Notes under the pieces: generated by a model
What the model saw: only the letters and a program-made list of their open reading frames with translations
Told to the model about the DNA's origin: nothing
Database searches by the model: none
Position numbers and translations under genes: made by a program
Shown here: piece after piece, positions 8,246-17,890 of the stretch
Numbering within the stretch: position 1 is the first letter of the stretch
Layout of the letters: each line of letters begins with the position of its first letter
Assembly: GCA_963847705.1 (NCBI GenBank)
Contig: CAWKBC010000032.1
Span: forward strand, 160,001-224,000
Direction: 5' to 3'
DNA: 64,000 nucleotides
DNA from: an uncultured Pseudomonadota bacterium
Lineage (GTDB): Bacteria > Myxococcota_A > Polyangia > Fen-1088

Positions 8246-9423
8246 GGGGCCGGCAGCGGGCGGGCCCCGAGGCGCGCGGCGGCCGAGCGCAGCGTCTCGT
8301 CACTCTTGGCGAAGCAGAACCGCACGAACGGCGGCGCGGCGGCCGGGTCGGTGTAGAAGACGGACGTGGGAATGGCCGCCACGCCGACCTCGGCGATGAG
8401 GCGGCGGCAGAAGGCGACATCGTCGGTGACCCCGCGCGCGCGAAGGTCCGCCAGAAGAAAGTAAGCGCCGTCGATCGGCAGCGGGGCCAGCTCCGCCGCG
8501 CGCAGCGCCGTCGTCAGAAGGTCGCGGCGGCGCGCGTAGTCGGCGCGGAGGCCGGCGTAGTAGCCGTCGCGCGCGGCGATCGGCAGCACGTCGGCCAGCG
8601 CCTCCTGAAACGGCGCCGCGTTGGTGAACGTCACGAACTGATGGACCGCGCGCAGCGCCGCCGTGAGCGGCGGCGGCGCGATGGCCCAGCCGACCTTCCA
8701 GCCCGTCACGCTGAAGGTCTTCCCCATGCTGTCGATGGTGATCGTCCGCTCGTACATCCCGGGCAGCGTGGCGATCGAGAGGTGCGGCGCGCCGAAGACC
8801 AGCTCCGAGTAGACCTCGTCGGCCACGACCAGCAGCTCGTGGCGCTGGCAGAGCGCGGCGATCGCCTCCAGCTCCTCGCGCCGGAACATCTTGCCGGTCG
8901 GGTTGTGGGGCGAGTTCAGGATGAGCGCCCGCGTGCGCGGGCCGATCGCCGCCGCGAGGCGGGCCGGCTCGAACCGCCAGTCGGGCGCCGCCAGCGGCAC
9001 CGCCCGGACCGTCCCCCCCGCCATCGCCACGTCCGGACCGTAAGCGTCGTAGGCGGGCTCGAAGACGATCACCTCGTCGCCCGGGTCGATGACCGCCAGC
9101 AGCGCGTCGTGCAGGAGCTCGGTCGCGCCGCTCGCCACCGTGACCTCGGCGTCCGCATCGACGACAGGGCCGTCCGGCCAGCGGCGCCGGTGGTCGTCCG
9201 CCAGCGCCCGGCGCAGGCGCGGCAGGCCGGCGCTGGCGGCATACTGGTTGTGGTCCTCGCGGATGTGGCGCGCCGCGGCCTCCTTGACGAACTCGGGCGC
9301 GGCGAAGTCCGGGAACCCCTGTCCCAGGTTGGCGGCGCCATGCTCGACCGCCAGGGCGGTGATCTCGGTGAAGATCGACGTCCCGATCCCGGCAATGCGC
9401 GCGGCCCCGGCCTTTCGCCCCAT
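8242..9423 (-). CDS. PLP-dependent class I/II aminotransferase (YbdL/methionine aminotransferase-like)
   Basis: NLGQGFPDF, NSPHNPTG, DEVY and SMGKTFSVTGWKVG motifs. Confidence 0.92.
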   Translation of the reverse strand: MGRKAGAARIAGIGTSIFTEITALAVEHGAANLGQGFPDFAAPEFVKEAAARHIREDHNQYAASAGLPRLRRALADDHRRRWPDGPVVDADAEVTVASGATELLHDALLAVIDPGDEVIVFEPAYDAYGPDVAMAGGTVRAVPLAAPDWRFEPARLAAAIGPRTRALILNSPHNPTGKMFRREELEAIAALCQRHELLVVADEVYSELVFGAPHLSIATLPGMYERTITIDSMGKTFSVTGWKVGWAIAPPPLTAALRAVHQFVTFTNAAPFQEALADVLPIAARDGYYAGLRADYARRRDLLTTALRAAELAPLPIDGAYFLLADLRARGVTDDVAFCRRLIAEVGVAAIPTSVFYTDPAAAPPFVRFCFAKSDETLRSAAARLGARPLPAP

Positions 9424-9445
9424 CCGACTGATTTAACTCGAGATC

Positions 9446-9461
9446 GCGCGATCTTTGACCA
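9446..9461 (+). promoter_or_regulatory. Motif shared with the upstream region of the second ECF sigma gene
   Basis: GCGCGATCTTTGACCA versus GCGCGACGTTTGACCA at 30931-30946 (14/16 identical). Confidence 0.4.
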
Positions 9462-9494
9462 ACTTTTGGCGCCCTGCCGCACTATGGGGTCAGG

Positions 9495-10124
9495 GTGATG
9501 GGCACGACCTCCTTTCGCGTCATTCGCGGCAGCGCGACCGGTCGGCCGGGCGGCGAGCCGACCGACGCGGAGATCGCGGAGGCGCTCCGGCGCGGCGAGC
9601 GCCAGGCGGAGCTCGAGGCCTGGAACCGCTTCTCGCCCGGCGCGGCCCAGACGCTGGCGCGGCTGCTCGGCCCCGGCCCCGATCGGGAGGATCTGCTGCA
9701 GGAGGTCTTCCTTCGTTTCTACAGACGGATCCGGACGCTGCGTGAGCCGGCGGCGGTCCGGGGGTTCCTGTTCGGGATCTGCGTCCGGGTCGTGCAAGGC
9801 GAGCTCGCCAGCCGCCACCGGCGCCGCTGGTTGCGCCTCACGCCGACCGGCGATGCGCCCGACATGGCGGTGCCGGGCCCGGATGTCGAGGCGCGCGCCG
9901 CCGTCGCGCGCTACTACGCGCTGCTCGAGCGGCTGGGCAAGAGCGAGCGCTCGATCTTCGTGTCGCGGACGATCGAGAGGCGGACGCTGGCCGAGGTGGC
10001 CGAGGCGCACGGGGTGTCGATCTCCACGGCGCAGCGGCGGCTGGCCCGGGCGAGCAAGCGGGTGGCGGTGCTGCTGCGGAGCGAGCCCGCGCTGATACGC
10101 TTCGCCGGCGGAGACGAACCGTGA
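9495..10124 (+). CDS. ECF-type RNA polymerase sigma factor
   Basis: Region 2 EDLLQEVF; region 4 TLAEVAEAHGVSISTAQRRLARA. Confidence 0.9.
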   Translation: MMGTTSFRVIRGSATGRPGGEPTDAEIAEALRRGERQAELEAWNRFSPGAAQTLARLLGPGPDREDLLQEVFLRFYRRIRTLREPAAVRGFLFGICVRVVQGELASRHRRRWLRLTPTGDAPDMAVPGPDVEARAAVARYYALLERLGKSERSIFVSRTIERRTLAEVAEAHGVSISTAQRRLARASKRVAVLLRSEPALIRFAGGDEP

Positions 10125-11506
10125 ACCGGCCCGACGACAGGGACGCGCGGATCCTGGCGGCGCTCTCCGAGGAGGCGCGGCGCCTGGCCGACGCCGACGC
10201 CGCGGAGCTCCCCCGGCCCGGCGCCTGGCACCGGCTCGAGCAGCGACGGGCGCAGCCCCGCGGCCGCGGTCTCCTCCGTTGGTCGGTGGCCGGGCTGGGC
10301 CTCTGCGCGGCCTCGGTGGCGGTGCTCTTCGGCCTGCACAACTGGCGCTCGGGCCGGGCGCTCACCTTCGACGTCGGTGGCGGCGCGATCGTGGAGAGCG
10401 GCTACATCCGCGGCGCGGCCAACGCCGGCGCCCCCGTCCAGTTCTCCGACGGGACGCGGATCGATCTGGCGGCGGGGGCGCGGATGTCGGTGGTGGCGCC
10501 GGGACCGCACGGCGCGCGGCTGCGGGTCGACGAAGGCGCGGCGCACTTCTCGGTCATGCACCTGCCGCGCGCCGCCTGGAGCGTCGAGGCCGGGCCCTAC
10601 GTCGTCGAGGTGACGGGGACCGTGTTCGACGTCCGCTGGTCGAGCGCGGACGAGATCGTCGAGGTGCGGCTGCAGTCGGGCTCGGTGCGGGTGAGCGGAC
10701 CGATGCTCACCGAGCACGCCACGCTGCGACCGGGACAGCATCTGACGGCGCGGCTGGCGACGCGCGAGCTGCGGATCGACGAGAACGTCGGCACCACCGT
10801 GGCGCCCGTCCTGGCCGTGCCGCCGCCCGGGGCAGCGCCGCCCGAGAAGGCAGCGCCGCCCGACGCGGCAGCACCGCGCGAAACGGCGTCGCTGGCACCG
10901 ACGTCGGTCGAGGCGCGGCTGCCCGCCGAGGCGCCGGCGCCGGCTGCGACGCGCCCCCCCGCCCCGGCGCGCGCCGTGAGGAGGCCGGCTCGCGCGGTGG
11001 CCGTCGCCGCCGCCGGTTCGCACGCCAACGCCGACTGGGCGCCGCAGCGCTGGTCGGAGCGCGTGTCGGCGGGTGACGCCAAGGGGGTGGTGGCCGAGGC
11101 GGTGGCGCACGGGCTCGACGCCGCCGTCACCGACGCCGACGCTCCCGAGTTGGTGGCGCTGGCCGACGCCGCCCGCTACGCGGGCCGAACCTACCTGGCC
11201 GAGCGCGTGCTGCGGGCCCAGCGGACGCGGTTCCCCGGCAGCGCCGCGGCGGGCGCGGCGGCCTTCTTTCTCGGGCGCCTGGCCGACGATCGTGGCGCCG
11301 CGGCCGACGGGCTTGACTGGTACCGGCGCTACCTGACCGAGCAGCCGCAAGGACCTTACGCGGCCGAGGCGCTCGGGCGTGAGATGATTGGCGTGGCGCG
11401 CCTCTCCGGGCGACCGGCGGCGCGAGAGCTGGCGCGCGAGTATCTCCGCCGCTTCCCCGACGGCACCTATCTGCTTCACGCCCGGGCCATTCTTCAATCT
11501 CCATGA
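10121..11506 (+). CDS. FecR-domain anti-sigma-like membrane protein with C-terminal TPR-like helical domain
   Basis: One TM helix, FSDGT…VEVTGTVFDV FecR motif, Pro/Ala linker, AAFFLGR…YRRYL…EALGREM…YLRRFPDG; GTGA overlap with the sigma gene. Confidence 0.85.
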   Translation: MNRPDDRDARILAALSEEARRLADADAAELPRPGAWHRLEQRRAQPRGRGLLRWSVAGLGLCAASVAVLFGLHNWRSGRALTFDVGGGAIVESGYIRGAANAGAPVQFSDGTRIDLAAGARMSVVAPGPHGARLRVDEGAAHFSVMHLPRAAWSVEAGPYVVEVTGTVFDVRWSSADEIVEVRLQSGSVRVSGPMLTEHATLRPGQHLTARLATRELRIDENVGTTVAPVLAVPPPGAAPPEKAAPPDAAAPRETASLAPTSVEARLPAEAPAPAATRPPAPARAVRRPARAVAVAAAGSHANADWAPQRWSERVSAGDAKGVVAEAVAHGLDAAVTDADAPELVALADAARYAGRTYLAERVLRAQRTRFPGSAAAGAAAFFLGRLADDRGAAADGLDWYRRYLTEQPQGPYAAEALGREMIGVARLSGRPAARELAREYLRRFPDGTYLLHARAILQSP

Positions 11507-12598
11507 TTGCCGCGTGATTGCTCCGTGATCGCCCCTGGCGCCGGCGCCCTCTGGGTCGGGCTGATGATGGCCGCCGCCGGCGAGCCGTCCCTCGCGGCGC
11601 CGGCGCCGACGCCGACCGAAAGGCCCGCGCCGTCCCCCAGCTCGATCGTGGGGGTGAGGAGGCCGCCGCTGGGCGACAGCGTGCTCACGGAGGCCGGGTC
11701 GCGGCTCCGCTCCGAGCTCGCCGCGATGGGGCTCGAGGGGCAGTTCGTCGATTGTCCGCCGACCGAGACCGATCCGGGCGCCTGTCCGGACGCCCAGGCG
11801 ACCGCCACGATCTCGCTGGCGCGGCGGGACGACGGCATCGTCGAGATCGGCGTTCGGACCATTCTTTCGGACGGGCTGGAGCTGAGCCGGCACGTCCGGG
11901 TGCTGGCGCGCGACGGCGGAGATGATCCCGCCGTTCTGGCGGTGCGCGCCGTCGAGCTCCTGCGGGATCTTCGGCTCACCGGCCAGCGCCCGGCGCCACG
12001 CGGGCCGAGGGGCCCCGCCCGCGACGACGAAGACCCGCCGTCACCCCCACCACCGCCGCCACCGCCGCCGGGCTGGACCCTGTCGACGGGGGTGGCGCTG
12101 CTCGGCTCGCCCAGGGGCGACCAGCCGGGGGTCGGTCCGGCGTTCGGGCTGACGATCGGCGTCGGCAAGATCATCGGGCCGCACCTGCTCGTCGTCGCGA
12201 GCTTCGCGGGACCGTTCAATACGTCGCTGGGGCCGTACGACGGGAGGAGCGCGGCCTTGGTTCAGGCCCTCGCCGTGCTGGAGCTCCGCTTCCGGCTGCA
12301 GATGGGTCCGTTCGAACCGTTCGCGGCGGTGCTCACCGGCATCAACTATCTGCAGGCGACGGTCCCAGGCTCCGTAGAGTTCCAAGCTCCGCCCGCCGAC
12401 AACTCTGCCTGGGTGCCGATGTTCGGCGTGGCCGTCGGCGGCTGCGGAAGCTTCCTGACGCGATTCTTCGTTTGCCTGGAGGCGGCGGCCTTCGTGACCC
12501 AACCCGACATGTACGTCCAGATCGACAGCCAGATCATCGGCGCCACCGGCGCGCCATCGACCCTGCTCAGCTCCAGCGTCGGCCTCACGCTCCCCTGA
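11507..12598 (+). CDS. Putative outer-membrane protein (N-terminal domain, poly-Pro linker, beta-strand-rich C-terminus)
   Basis: Signal-like N-terminus, LAVRAVELLR, PPPPPPPPP linker, amphipathic beta-strands; in operon with ECF/FecR. Start uncertain. Confidence 0.65.
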   Translation: MPRDCSVIAPGAGALWVGLMMAAAGEPSLAAPAPTPTERPAPSPSSIVGVRRPPLGDSVLTEAGSRLRSELAAMGLEGQFVDCPPTETDPGACPDAQATATISLARRDDGIVEIGVRTILSDGLELSRHVRVLARDGGDDPAVLAVRAVELLRDLRLTGQRPAPRGPRGPARDDEDPPSPPPPPPPPPGWTLSTGVALLGSPRGDQPGVGPAFGLTIGVGKIIGPHLLVVASFAGPFNTSLGPYDGRSAALVQALAVLELRFRLQMGPFEPFAAVLTGINYLQATVPGSVEFQAPPADNSAWVPMFGVAVGGCGSFLTRFFVCLEAAAFVTQPDMYVQIDSQIIGATGAPSTLLSSSVGLTLP

Positions 12599-12690
12599 GG
12601 GGCGCGCGTTTGCGGCGTGACCTCCGGGAGTGAGTCGAGGTTCGCCCGCGACTTCTGGCGGGGCGGCGTCAGCGCCCACACCTCGAGGCG

Positions 12691-14382
12691 CTACGGAACC
12701 GTCATCTGGAATGCCACGGCGTAGTTCTGCCCCGGCATTCCGGAGAGGTAGCCCACCAGCGGATCCGAGTCGTGCAGCAGGCCCCAGCGGACGGTCCCGT
12801 TCGTGCGCGGCGCCGCGTCGGCGGTGAAGGCGTAGGCGACGGTCACGCCCGACGCCGCGAGATCGCTCGCCACGGTGATCTGAACGCTGTTGCCGGAGAT
12901 GGCGACGCTGCTGATGGTGACGGGCGTGGTTCCGTTCGACACCTCGAACCCCTTGCCTTGCGCCCAGGCGGTGTTGCTCGCCTGGTGCGGCATCGGCAGG
13001 GTGGTGTCCCAGGCGAGCGGCGCCACCGGCACGTTGAAGCTCACCGTGATCACCCGGCCGCTGCGCGACGCGCTGGTCGGCTGCAGCGGCTGCCAGGCGT
13101 TGCCCAGGACCACCCGCTGATAGAAGACCTCCGCCGACTTCTCGCCGAGCCGCTCGTAGTCCTTGTTGATGAGGTGGGTGTAGTCACTGACGTAGGAGTA
13201 CTGGTACTTCGGCCCCATGCAGATGATGTCGCCGGGATGATCGACGCCGATCTTCCACTGCGCGAGCGTGCCCGACGAGGTCGACCCGGCGTCCATCGGA
13301 TTGGAGTGCTGCTGCGAGAGCAGCATCGGAATCGCGAAGGTCTGTCCGGTCAGCGGCGGCAGATCCTGGTTGTAGTTCGACCAGAGCGCCAGCATGTCGG
13401 CCTCGAACGTCGCGCTGGCGGCGTCCGATTCGCCCGCGGTGAGAACGATGGCGCCCACGCCGTAGCTCTTCCCCTGCGCCTTGGACAGCTGCGCGATCGC
13501 CCCCACCTCGAACAGCGAGGCCGCGTAGGCGCGCCCGGTGGTCCCGGTGTCGGTGGCCCCCTTCTGGATCACGCTGATCGGCTGACCCGCTTCGCCGACC
13601 TCGGTCTGCGCGCTGATGTAGTCGCTCCTCGCGGCGGCCATCACCAGCGAGGTGAGCTCATCGCCCATCGCGGTGTGGAAGCTCTCGCCGTAGATGTTGG
13701 CTGGGTACGGGCTTGGGTAGGTGGTCGTGATCGCACGCAGCGGCTCGACCAGCGGCACCATCGAGAGCGCGGAGTTGGGCAGCTTGAACGGCGGCACCGT
13801 GGCGTTGCCGAGCGACAGCTTCAGGTTGTGAAATGGCTGCGTGGTGGCGCCGATCGTCATCGCCGGCGCGTTGCCATGACCGCCGACCGCCAGGCTCTGG
13901 CCGGTGCCGACGACGCCCGTCCAGGACCAGGCTGGCGCCGCAGGCAGGGTTCCGCCGTTGCCGTTGTTTCCGGCGCCGGCGCCGCCGATCCCGGCCGCGC
14001 CTCCGCCACCGGTTCCGGCGCCACCGGTTCCCGCAGCGCCCCCTCCGCCGCCGGCCCCCGGCGAGCCACCGCGTCCGCCGGCGCCGCCCACGTCGAGCGA
14101 GCCTCCGCCCCCGCCGTGGCCGCCGCTCCCACTGCCGCCACTGCCCGTGTGGCCGCCGCCCGCATTGCCTCCCGTCCCCTGACGAGCGCCCGCGCCCGCC
14201 GCACCGCCCGTCGCCGGGGCGCCGCCCGTCGAGCTCCCCCCGCTCCCCGGCCCCGCAGCGGCGTCCGTTCCCACGCTCTTGCCGCTCGCGCAACCGGCAG
14301 CGAGGACCAGCGCCAGCATCGCCGCGCGCAGCGTGGACGCTCGCCCACGCCTCGGCGCTCCGTTGGTCAGGGGGGCGACCAT
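12691..14382 (-). CDS. Lipoprotein with Gly-rich linker and SGNH/CE6-like (sialate O-acetylesterase-like) esterase domain
   Basis: Lipobox LAAGC; GTGG repeats; GQSL (block I), GESD (block III) and DYTH (DxxH) motifs. Confidence 0.65.
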   Translation of the reverse strand: MVAPLTNGAPRRGRASTLRAAMLALVLAAGCASGKSVGTDAAAGPGSGGSSTGGAPATGGAAGAGARQGTGGNAGGGHTGSGGSGSGGHGGGGGSLDVGGAGGRGGSPGAGGGGGAAGTGGAGTGGGGAAGIGGAGAGNNGNGGTLPAAPAWSWTGVVGTGQSLAVGGHGNAPAMTIGATTQPFHNLKLSLGNATVPPFKLPNSALSMVPLVEPLRAITTTYPSPYPANIYGESFHTAMGDELTSLVMAAARSDYISAQTEVGEAGQPISVIQKGATDTGTTGRAYAASLFEVGAIAQLSKAQGKSYGVGAIVLTAGESDAASATFEADMLALWSNYNQDLPPLTGQTFAIPMLLSQQHSNPMDAGSTSSGTLAQWKIGVDHPGDIICMGPKYQYSYVSDYTHLINKDYERLGEKSAEVFYQRVVLGNAWQPLQPTSASRSGRVITVSFNVPVAPLAWDTTLPMPHQASNTAWAQGKGFEVSNGTTPVTISSVAISGNSVQITVASDLAASGVTVAYAFTADAAPRTNGTVRWGLLHDSDPLVGYLSGMPGQNYAVAFQMTVP

Positions 14383-14411
14383 CGCCCCGATGATCGCACG
14401 AATCGGCGCGA

Positions 14412-15326
14412 TCAGGTCTGCCGGCGCAGGTATTCGCGCGGCGTCACGTGGCGAAGCGCACGGAACACCCGGTGGAACTGGGCGTAGCTGCCAAAGCCCG
14501 CCGCCAGAGCTGCCTCGAGCAGGTTCGTGCGCCCGCGGTCGAGCAGCACCGAGAACCGGTCCAGCCGCAGCCGGTTGCGGTACTCGACCAGGGACATCCC
14601 CATCTCGGACTTGAAGACGCGCGCCAGACGGCTGAGGCTGATGTCGAGGGCCGAGGCGATCTCCTTGCCCCCCATCGCCGGATCCTTCGAGAGCATCCCG
14701 ACCGTCGACGCGACCAGCCGGTTGCCGGGCGACTCACCGGGCGGTGTCGACCCGCGCCCCAGCGAGCCGCGAACGGGATCGAGCACGGTGCCGAGGAGCG
14801 AACAGAGAATGGCGGCGTGGGCCTGCTTGGCCTCGTCGACGGGCGCGCCGGTGAGGGCGGCGTCGTTGAACATCATGCCGATCGGCGCCCGGGTCGAACG
14901 GATCGGCGTACAGGCGACCCAGCCGCGGCCGGCGATGCGCGTCTCCCCCGCGTGGTGCTCGACGATGGGACAGTTCTCGTAGACCGTGAAGTGCGCTGCC
15001 TCCGCCTCCGAGCGGCGGAAGGTCTCCCGATCGGTGTCGCTCATGTCGTACATGATGTGGTGCTCGTCGACGATGGTCCCCTGCAGGTCCATCCCCCAGG
15101 TCCCCAGCATCAAATTGCGGGACCGATCGAGCACGAAGATTCCGGCCCGCATGAGGCCGATCCGCTCTCGGGTGAGCTCGACGGCGCGCCGCAGGATCTG
15201 GTCGGGATCGTCGAGCGCATGGATCTCGTCGAACGCGGCCAGCAGCGAGGCGAGCTTGCCGCGGGCAGATCGATCCACCACTTTCGGGACCGGTGCCGTC
15301 GGCCCGAGAATGATCGGCCAGTCCAC
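14412..15326 (-). CDS. AraC-family transcriptional regulator with N-terminal GAF-like domain
   Basis: C-terminal LDISLSRLARVFK…AALAAGFGSYAQFHRVF; N-terminal GAF-like region. Start set at GTG 15326 because the rest of the track ORF is antisense to the AKR gene. Confidence 0.85.
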   Translation of the reverse strand: MDWPIILGPTAPVPKVVDRSARGKLASLLAAFDEIHALDDPDQILRRAVELTRERIGLMRAGIFVLDRSRNLMLGTWGMDLQGTIVDEHHIMYDMSDTDRETFRRSEAEAAHFTVYENCPIVEHHAGETRIAGRGWVACTPIRSTRAPIGMMFNDAALTGAPVDEAKQAHAAILCSLLGTVLDPVRGSLGRGSTPPGESPGNRLVASTVGMLSKDPAMGGKEIASALDISLSRLARVFKSEMGMSLVEYRNRLRLDRFSVLLDRGRTNLLEAALAAGFGSYAQFHRVFRALRHVTPREYLRRQT

Positions 15327-15401
15327 GCGTCGCCGCCGCGTCAAGGTGAGCAGATCTTCATATTCCCGAGAACACTCAGCCCTATCAGAAGCACCCCGAA
15401 T

Positions 15402-15437
15402 GCGCCACAAATGCGAGAATGAGCGCCAGAAATGAGA
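15402..15437. promoter_or_regulatory. Tandem direct repeat with 21-bp period, AraC-type binding site
   Basis: GCGCCACAAATGCGA (15402) and GCGCCAGAAATGAGA (15423) lie between the divergent araC and AKR genes. Confidence 0.55.
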
Positions 15438-15497
15438 TGTCGCTTCGCCCAGGTCAGGCCGGGCCGCAGCCGGGTTTCGTGCGCAACCTAATATGGC

Positions 15498-16364
15498 ATG
15501 AGCGAACCCAAAGCTTCGAAGGCCTGGACCTTCCACCTGGGCGGCGAGCTGCCCATCCACCGCCTCGGGTTTGGTTCCATGCGCCTGACGGGACCTGGGA
15601 TCTGGGGCGAGCCCGCGGACCCCGGGGAGGCCATCCGCACCCTCCAGCGGACGCGCGACCTGGGAATCGACTTCATCGACACCGCCGACTCCTATGGACC
15701 GGACGTCGCGGAGCGCCTCATTCGTGAGGCGCTTCACCCCTACGGCGACACGCGCATCGCCACCAAGGCGGGGCTGGCGCGCACGGGGCCTGATCGCTGG
15801 GTCCCGCTCGGGCGTCCCGAGTATCTGCTCCAGCAGGCGCACAAGAGCCTGCGCCAGCTCGGGGTCGAGCGGATCGATCTGTGGCAGCTCCACCGCATCG
15901 ACCCGAAGGTCCCGCGCGACGAACAGTTCGGCGCGGTCAAGGAGCTGCTCGACGCGGGGCTCATCCGCTACGCCGGCCTCAGCGAGGTGACCGTCGAGGA
16001 GATCGAGGCGGCCTCCAAGGTGTTTCCGGTGGCGACGGTCCAGAACCGCTACAACCTGTTGGATCGCACCAGCGAGGCGGTCATCGCCCACTGCGAGCGC
16101 CAGGGGATCGGGTTCATCCCCTGGTTTCCGCTGGGCGCGGGCAAGCTCGCGCAGCCGGGCTCGAGCCTCGACAAGATCGCCGCGCGCCACGGCGGCACCG
16201 TCAGCCAGATCGTGCTCGCCTGGACGCTCCGCAAGAGCCCGGTGATGCTTCCGATCCCCGGGACCTCACGTGTCGAGCACCTCGAAGAGAACGTCGCCGC
16301 CGCGCGCATCGTCCTGACGGACGCCGAGATGGCGGCGCTCGACGAGGTCCCGAAGCAGGCCTGA
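15498..16364 (+). CDS. Aldo/keto reductase
   Basis: [30 protein letters not shown] and PIPGTS motifs. Confidence 0.95.
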   Translation: MSEPKASKAWTFHLGGELPIHRLGFGSMRLTGPGIWGEPADPGEAIRTLQRTRDLGIDFIDTADSYGPDVAERLIREALHPYGDTRIATKAGLARTGPDRWVPLGRPEYLLQQAHKSLRQLGVERIDLWQLHRIDPKVPRDEQFGAVKELLDAGLIRYAGLSEVTVEEIEAASKVFPVATVQNRYNLLDRTSEAVIAHCERQGIGFIPWFPLGAGKLAQPGSSLDKIAARHGGTVSQIVLAWTLRKSPVMLPIPGTSRVEHLEENVAAARIVLTDAEMAALDEVPKQA

Positions 16365-16406
16365 AGAGGCCCACACTTCCAGGTAAGCTTGCGCCCGAGG
16401 CCGGGC

Positions 16407-17204
16407 GTGAGCAGCGACGACTACCTCCTCGACAACCGGGTGAGCGAAGCGGGCGAGCGGATCGCGGCGCTGTCGGCGCTCTTCGATCCGATCACCTTCC
16501 GGCACCTCGACGCGCTCGGCATCGCGCGCGGGTGGCGCTGCTGGGAGGTGGGGGCCGGCGGTCCGTCGGTGCCGCGCGGGTTGGCGGCGCGGGTGGGACC
16601 CGAGGGGCGCGTGCTGGCCACCGACATCGAGCTTTCCTGGGCAGGCGCGGCGGCCGGCGCGCCCGTCGAGGTGCGGCGCCACGACGTCGTGCGCGACGCG
16701 CCACCCGACGAGCTGTTCGATCTGGTGCACGCCCGGCTGGTGCTGGTGCACCTGCCCGATCGCGAGCGCGCGCTGCGATCGATGATCGGGGCGCTGCGCC
16801 CGGGCGGGTGGCTGCTGGTCGAGGACGCCGATCCGGCGCTGCAGCCGCTGAGCGTGCTCGATCCGGTGAGCGCGGAGGACCTGCTGGCCAACAAGCTGCG
16901 GACCGGGTTTCGCACGCTGCTGGCGGAGCGCGGGGTCGACCTCGGCTACGGGCGCAAGCTGCCGCGCCTCCTGCGGGCGGCCGGGCTGGCCGACGTGGCG
17001 GCCGACGCCTACTTCCCGGTCGCCCTGCCCGCCTGCGCCCCGCTGGAGCTGGCGACCGTGAAGTTCCTGCGCGCGCAGTTGCTCGCCAAGGGGATCGCCA
17101 CCGCCGAGGAGATCGACCGGCACCTGGCCAGCGTGGCCGCCGGCCGCCTCGACCTGGCGCAGCCGCCGATGATCTCGGCCTGGGGGCGGCGACATCCGCT
17201 ATAG
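16407..17204 (+). CDS. Class I SAM-dependent methyltransferase
   Basis: WEVGAGG motif I, FDLVHARLVLVHLP, LRPGGWLLVED. Confidence 0.9.
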   Translation: MSSDDYLLDNRVSEAGERIAALSALFDPITFRHLDALGIARGWRCWEVGAGGPSVPRGLAARVGPEGRVLATDIELSWAGAAAGAPVEVRRHDVVRDAPPDELFDLVHARLVLVHLPDRERALRSMIGALRPGGWLLVEDADPALQPLSVLDPVSAEDLLANKLRTGFRTLLAERGVDLGYGRKLPRLLRAAGLADVAADAYFPVALPACAPLELATVKFLRAQLLAKGIATAEEIDRHLASVAAGRLDLAQPPMISAWGRRHPL

Positions 17205-17213
17205 TCCGCCGCC

Positions 17214-17507
17214 ATGTCCACGACAGCGCTGAAACACAACAGCTACTTCGAGGGGAACGTGCAGAGCGTCGGCTTCGAGCGCAACGGGCGGCGCGCGACG
17301 GTCGGCGTGATCGCCCCCGGCAGCTATCACTTCGGGACCGAGGCCCCCGAGCGGATGACGGTCATCAGCGGCGAGCTGGCGGTCAAGCCCGACGGCGGCA
17401 CCGAGTGGACGCCCTACCCGGCCGGCACCGCCTTCGAGATCGCGGGCGGCGCCGGGTTCGACGTGCGCGCCAAAACGCCGACCGCCTACCTGTGTGAATA
17501 CCTCTAG
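17214..17507 (+). CDS. ppnP: Pyrimidine/purine nucleoside phosphorylase (YaiE/DUF1255)
   Basis: HNSYFEGNVQS, ATVGV, YHFGT..PERM and YLCEY motifs; 97 aa. Confidence 0.9.
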   Translation: MSTTALKHNSYFEGNVQSVGFERNGRRATVGVIAPGSYHFGTEAPERMTVISGELAVKPDGGTEWTPYPAGTAFEIAGGAGFDVRAKTPTAYLCEYL

Positions 17508-17890
17508 ATCGCCACGGCGGTCTGGAACAGGTCGTCGAGGGCGGCGGCGGGATCCTCGCAGAGGCCGGCGTGAGGCGAGGTCGGCTGCACGATCGTACTG
17601 CGGGGCGCCGACAGCCAGTGAAACCGCTCCGAGGGCGGCAGGCGCGCGATCGGGCCGGCGGTGACCTCGCCGGCGGCGACGGCGCGGACGGCCTCGAGCT
17701 GGCTCGCCAGCGCCGCGACGTCGACCTCCGGCGCCAGCGCGCGCAGCCGCCGCTCGTCGAGCGCGATCCGGCAACCGAGGTACGCGGTGGTCGGACAGAA
17801 CAGGATCACGCCGACGTTGAGCCGCTCGTCGCGATCGACGCGCGGCACGACCTGCACGATCACATAGTCAAACGCGCGACGCTCGGACAC
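17504..17890 (-). CDS. DUF3037 domain protein
   Basis: FDYVIVQVVPRVDRDERLNVGVIL…RFHWLSAPRSTIVQ…HAGLC; overlaps the end of the kinase gene. Confidence 0.88.
   Translation of the reverse strand: MSERRAFDYVIVQVVPRVDRDERLNVGVILFCPTTAYLGCRIALDERRLRALAPEVDVAALASQLEAVRAVAAGEVTAGPIARLPPSERFHWLSAPRSTIVQPTSPHAGLCEDPAAALDDLFQTAVAI

Noticed and set aside
15327-16190. Long N-terminal extension of the AraC ORF
   Set aside because: Antisense to the well-supported aldo/keto reductase and spans the regulatory region.
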